Positions 62,306-64,000 of a stretch of DNA of 64,000 bases are shown in pieces (positions within the stretch are counted from its first letter, which is position 1; the number at the start of each line of letters is the position of its first letter). The notes beneath the pieces are model-generated. The model saw only the letters and a list, made by a program, of their open reading frames with translations. It was not told the DNA's origin and did no database searches. Source of the DNA: Rickettsiales bacterium (GTDB taxonomy: Bacteria > Pseudomonadota > Alphaproteobacteria > Rickettsiales > UBA1997). The translations under genes and the position numbers were made by a program. Where the stretch lies: assembly GCA_038142525.1 (NCBI GenBank), contig JAYQKE010000014.1, forward strand, positions 7,309-71,308, given 5' to 3'.

Positions 62306-64000
62306 ATGAGCTACAATAATAAATCCTCAATTAATAGATTCCCAATAGCAATAATTGGCATGGGAGTCAGATTTCCTGGTAATATTTACGGTGCTGATGG
62401 TCTCTGGCAAGCATTGTCTGAAGGTAGAGATTGTATAACTGATATTCCTTCTGATAGATGGAATATAGAGAAATATTACGATCCAGATCCCAATAAATCA
62501 GGTAAGATCAAAACCAAAAAAGGTGGCTTTATTAGTGGTATGAAGGAATTTGATGCTGAGTTTTTTGATATTTATCCTAATATCGCAGAAAAACTTGATC
62601 CCAGACAAAGACATTTATTAGAAGTAGTCTATGAATCTTTAGAAGATGCTAATATTACAATAGATCAGATAAATAATACCAAAACATCTGTAATAGCTGG
62701 AATCTTCCTTGGGGATGAGGGTAAAAAATATGCTGGATCTGATATTGATCATATTGGCTCTCATAGTTTAATGGGTAGTTCTGATGTTACTATTCCTGCT
62801 AGAATTGCTTATCAATTTAACTTAAAGGGCCCAGTTCTATCTGTTGATACTGCCTGTTCTTCATCTCTTGTTGCTGTACAGATTGCTTGTAATAATATTT
62901 GGACTGGTGATGCCAATATGGCTATTGCTGGCGGTGTTAATATTATGTCTAGTCATGAGCATTTTATTGGCCTGTCTAAAGGCGGCTTTTTAAGTCCCGA
63001 TGGATATTGCAAAAGTTTTGATGCTGATGGTAAAGGTTATGTTCGTGGTGAAGGTGCTGGTGTTGTTATTTTAAAACCATTAGATCAGGCAGAAAAGGAT
63101 GGAGATAATATTTATGCAGTAATAAAAAATGCTATAGTTAATTTTGATGGTTACACTGCAGATGGTATGACAGTACCAAATGAATTTGCCCAGCAAGAAA
63201 TGCTAGAGAATATCTATCAAGGAGCTAACATTAATCCCAAAGATGTCGATTTTATTGAAGCTCATGGTACTGGAACCATAGTTGGTGATCCTAAAGAATG
63301 TACAGCTTTTGGTAATGTTTTTGCTAAGGATAGAGATCCTAAAAACCCACTTATCATAGGATCAATAAAAAGTAATATTGGTCATGCAGAAGCAGTTGCC
63401 GGTATTGCTGGTTTAACCAAATTAGCACTTTGCATCAAAAACAAACAAATTCCCCAAAATCTCCACTTCAATAATCCTAACCCTAAAATTAAATTTGATG
63501 AGTGGAAATTAAAAGTTCCAACTAAATTAATGAAATGGCCAAATAAAGATGGCAAAAAAGCCCTTGGCGGAGTTAATTCATTTGGTGCTGGCGGTACTAA
63601 TGCTCATATCATATTGGAAGAATATGTTTCGGACAATAAATCAATCAATGAAGCAAAAGCAAGGCAAGAAAAAAGCCAATATAATTTCCCCCATATTTTT
63701 GCATTATCAGCAAATTCAGAGGAATCTCTAAAAGGATTAGCAGAAAAATATCTAAAATTCACTCAAAATGATAAGAATGATCTAACAGATATTTGTTATT
63801 CTATAATTAAAAATCGCTCACTCTTTGAAGAAAAGTTAATAATCATTTGTAATTCAAAAGAGGATTTAATCAAAAAATTATCTCTGTATATCAAAGGAAA
63901 ACTAAATCCACAAATTATTACTGGCAGAACTAAGAAAAATGAAAAACTAAAGATAGCCTTCATCTGCTCAGGTCAAGGTCCTCAATGGTATGGAATGGGA
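62306..64000 (+). CDS. type I polyketide synthase (KS domain, linker, start of AT domain), 3'-partial at the window edge
   Basis: The open frame from the ATG at 62306 to the window end is absent from the ORF track because it has no stop. KS catalytic context DTACSSS, EAHGTGT, NIGHAEAVAG. The AT-type GQGPQWYGMG is at the very end. Confidence 0.9.
   Translation, partial: MSYNNKSSINRFPIAIIGMGVRFPGNIYGADGLWQALSEGRDCITDIPSDRWNIEKYYDPDPNKSGKIKTKKGGFISGMKEFDAEFFDIYPNIAEKLDPRQRHLLEVVYESLEDANITIDQINNTKTSVIAGIFLGDEGKKYAGSDIDHIGSHSLMGSSDVTIPARIAYQFNLKGPVLSVDTACSSSLVAVQIACNNIWTGDANMAIAGGVNIMSSHEHFIGLSKGGFLSPDGYCKSFDADGKGYVRGEGAGVVILKPLDQAEKDGDNIYAVIKNAIVNFDGYTADGMTVPNEFAQQEMLENIYQGANINPKDVDFIEAHGTGTIVGDPKECTAFGNVFAKDRDPKNPLIIGSIKSNIGHAEAVAGIAGLTKLALCIKNKQIPQNLHFNNPNPKIKFDEWKLKVPTKLMKWPNKDGKKALGGVNSFGAGGTNAHIILEEYVSDNKSINEAKARQEKSQYNFPHIFALSANSEESLKGLAEKYLKFTQNDKNDLTDICYSIIKNRSLFEEKLIIICNSKEDLIKKLSLYIKGKLNPQIITGRTKKNEKLKIAFICSGQGPQWYGMG

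Overview
This is an AT-rich window that looks like it comes from an obligate-intracellular, Rickettsiales-like alphaproteobacterium. That assignment is an inference from the housekeeping proteins and is not verified. All coordinates were derived by eye, with no tools.

The backbone genes are sucB, guaA, clpP-clpX, grpE, ispA, ahpC-ahpD-dps, der, argH, nuoL, xseA, ribF, sucA and three tRNAs (Gly-GCC, Arg-CCG, Thr-GGT). By my count roughly 40-45% of the window is insertion-sequence DNA from about 11 lineages:
- One IS5-family element of about 1352 bp, with terminal GGAACCTCTGA repeats, is present as 13 copies or fragments. Four of them have an intact 320-aa transposase.
- The other lineages are a second IS5 type, two IS3 types, IS1634-like, IS630, IS1, IS4, IS256, IS481 and IS1595.

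About half of the non-IS genes carry frameshifts, nonsense codons or truncations: sucA, sucB, ahpC, ahpD, der, nuoL, xseA, ribF, the 5-formyl-THF cyclo-ligase gene, an ArsP-type permease, hsdR, hsdM, rhuM, a DUF4268 gene and an LRR protein gene. Many of the frameshifts sit in A/T homopolymers, so homopolymer sequencing error is a serious alternative to real gene decay.

Main observations:
1. A 2.57-kb IS1595-family transposon (57871-60442) has 23-bp inverted repeats and an 8-bp target duplication. It carries an intact C5-methyltransferase and a PD-(D/E)XK nuclease as cargo.
2. The resident Type I R-M/defence island (42.4-50.3 kb) is dead apart from hsdS and a small HTH gene.
3. sucA and sucB lie about 52 kb apart in a configuration consistent with an inversion, and both are inactivated.
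4. A type I PKS gene starts at 62306 and runs off the end of the window.
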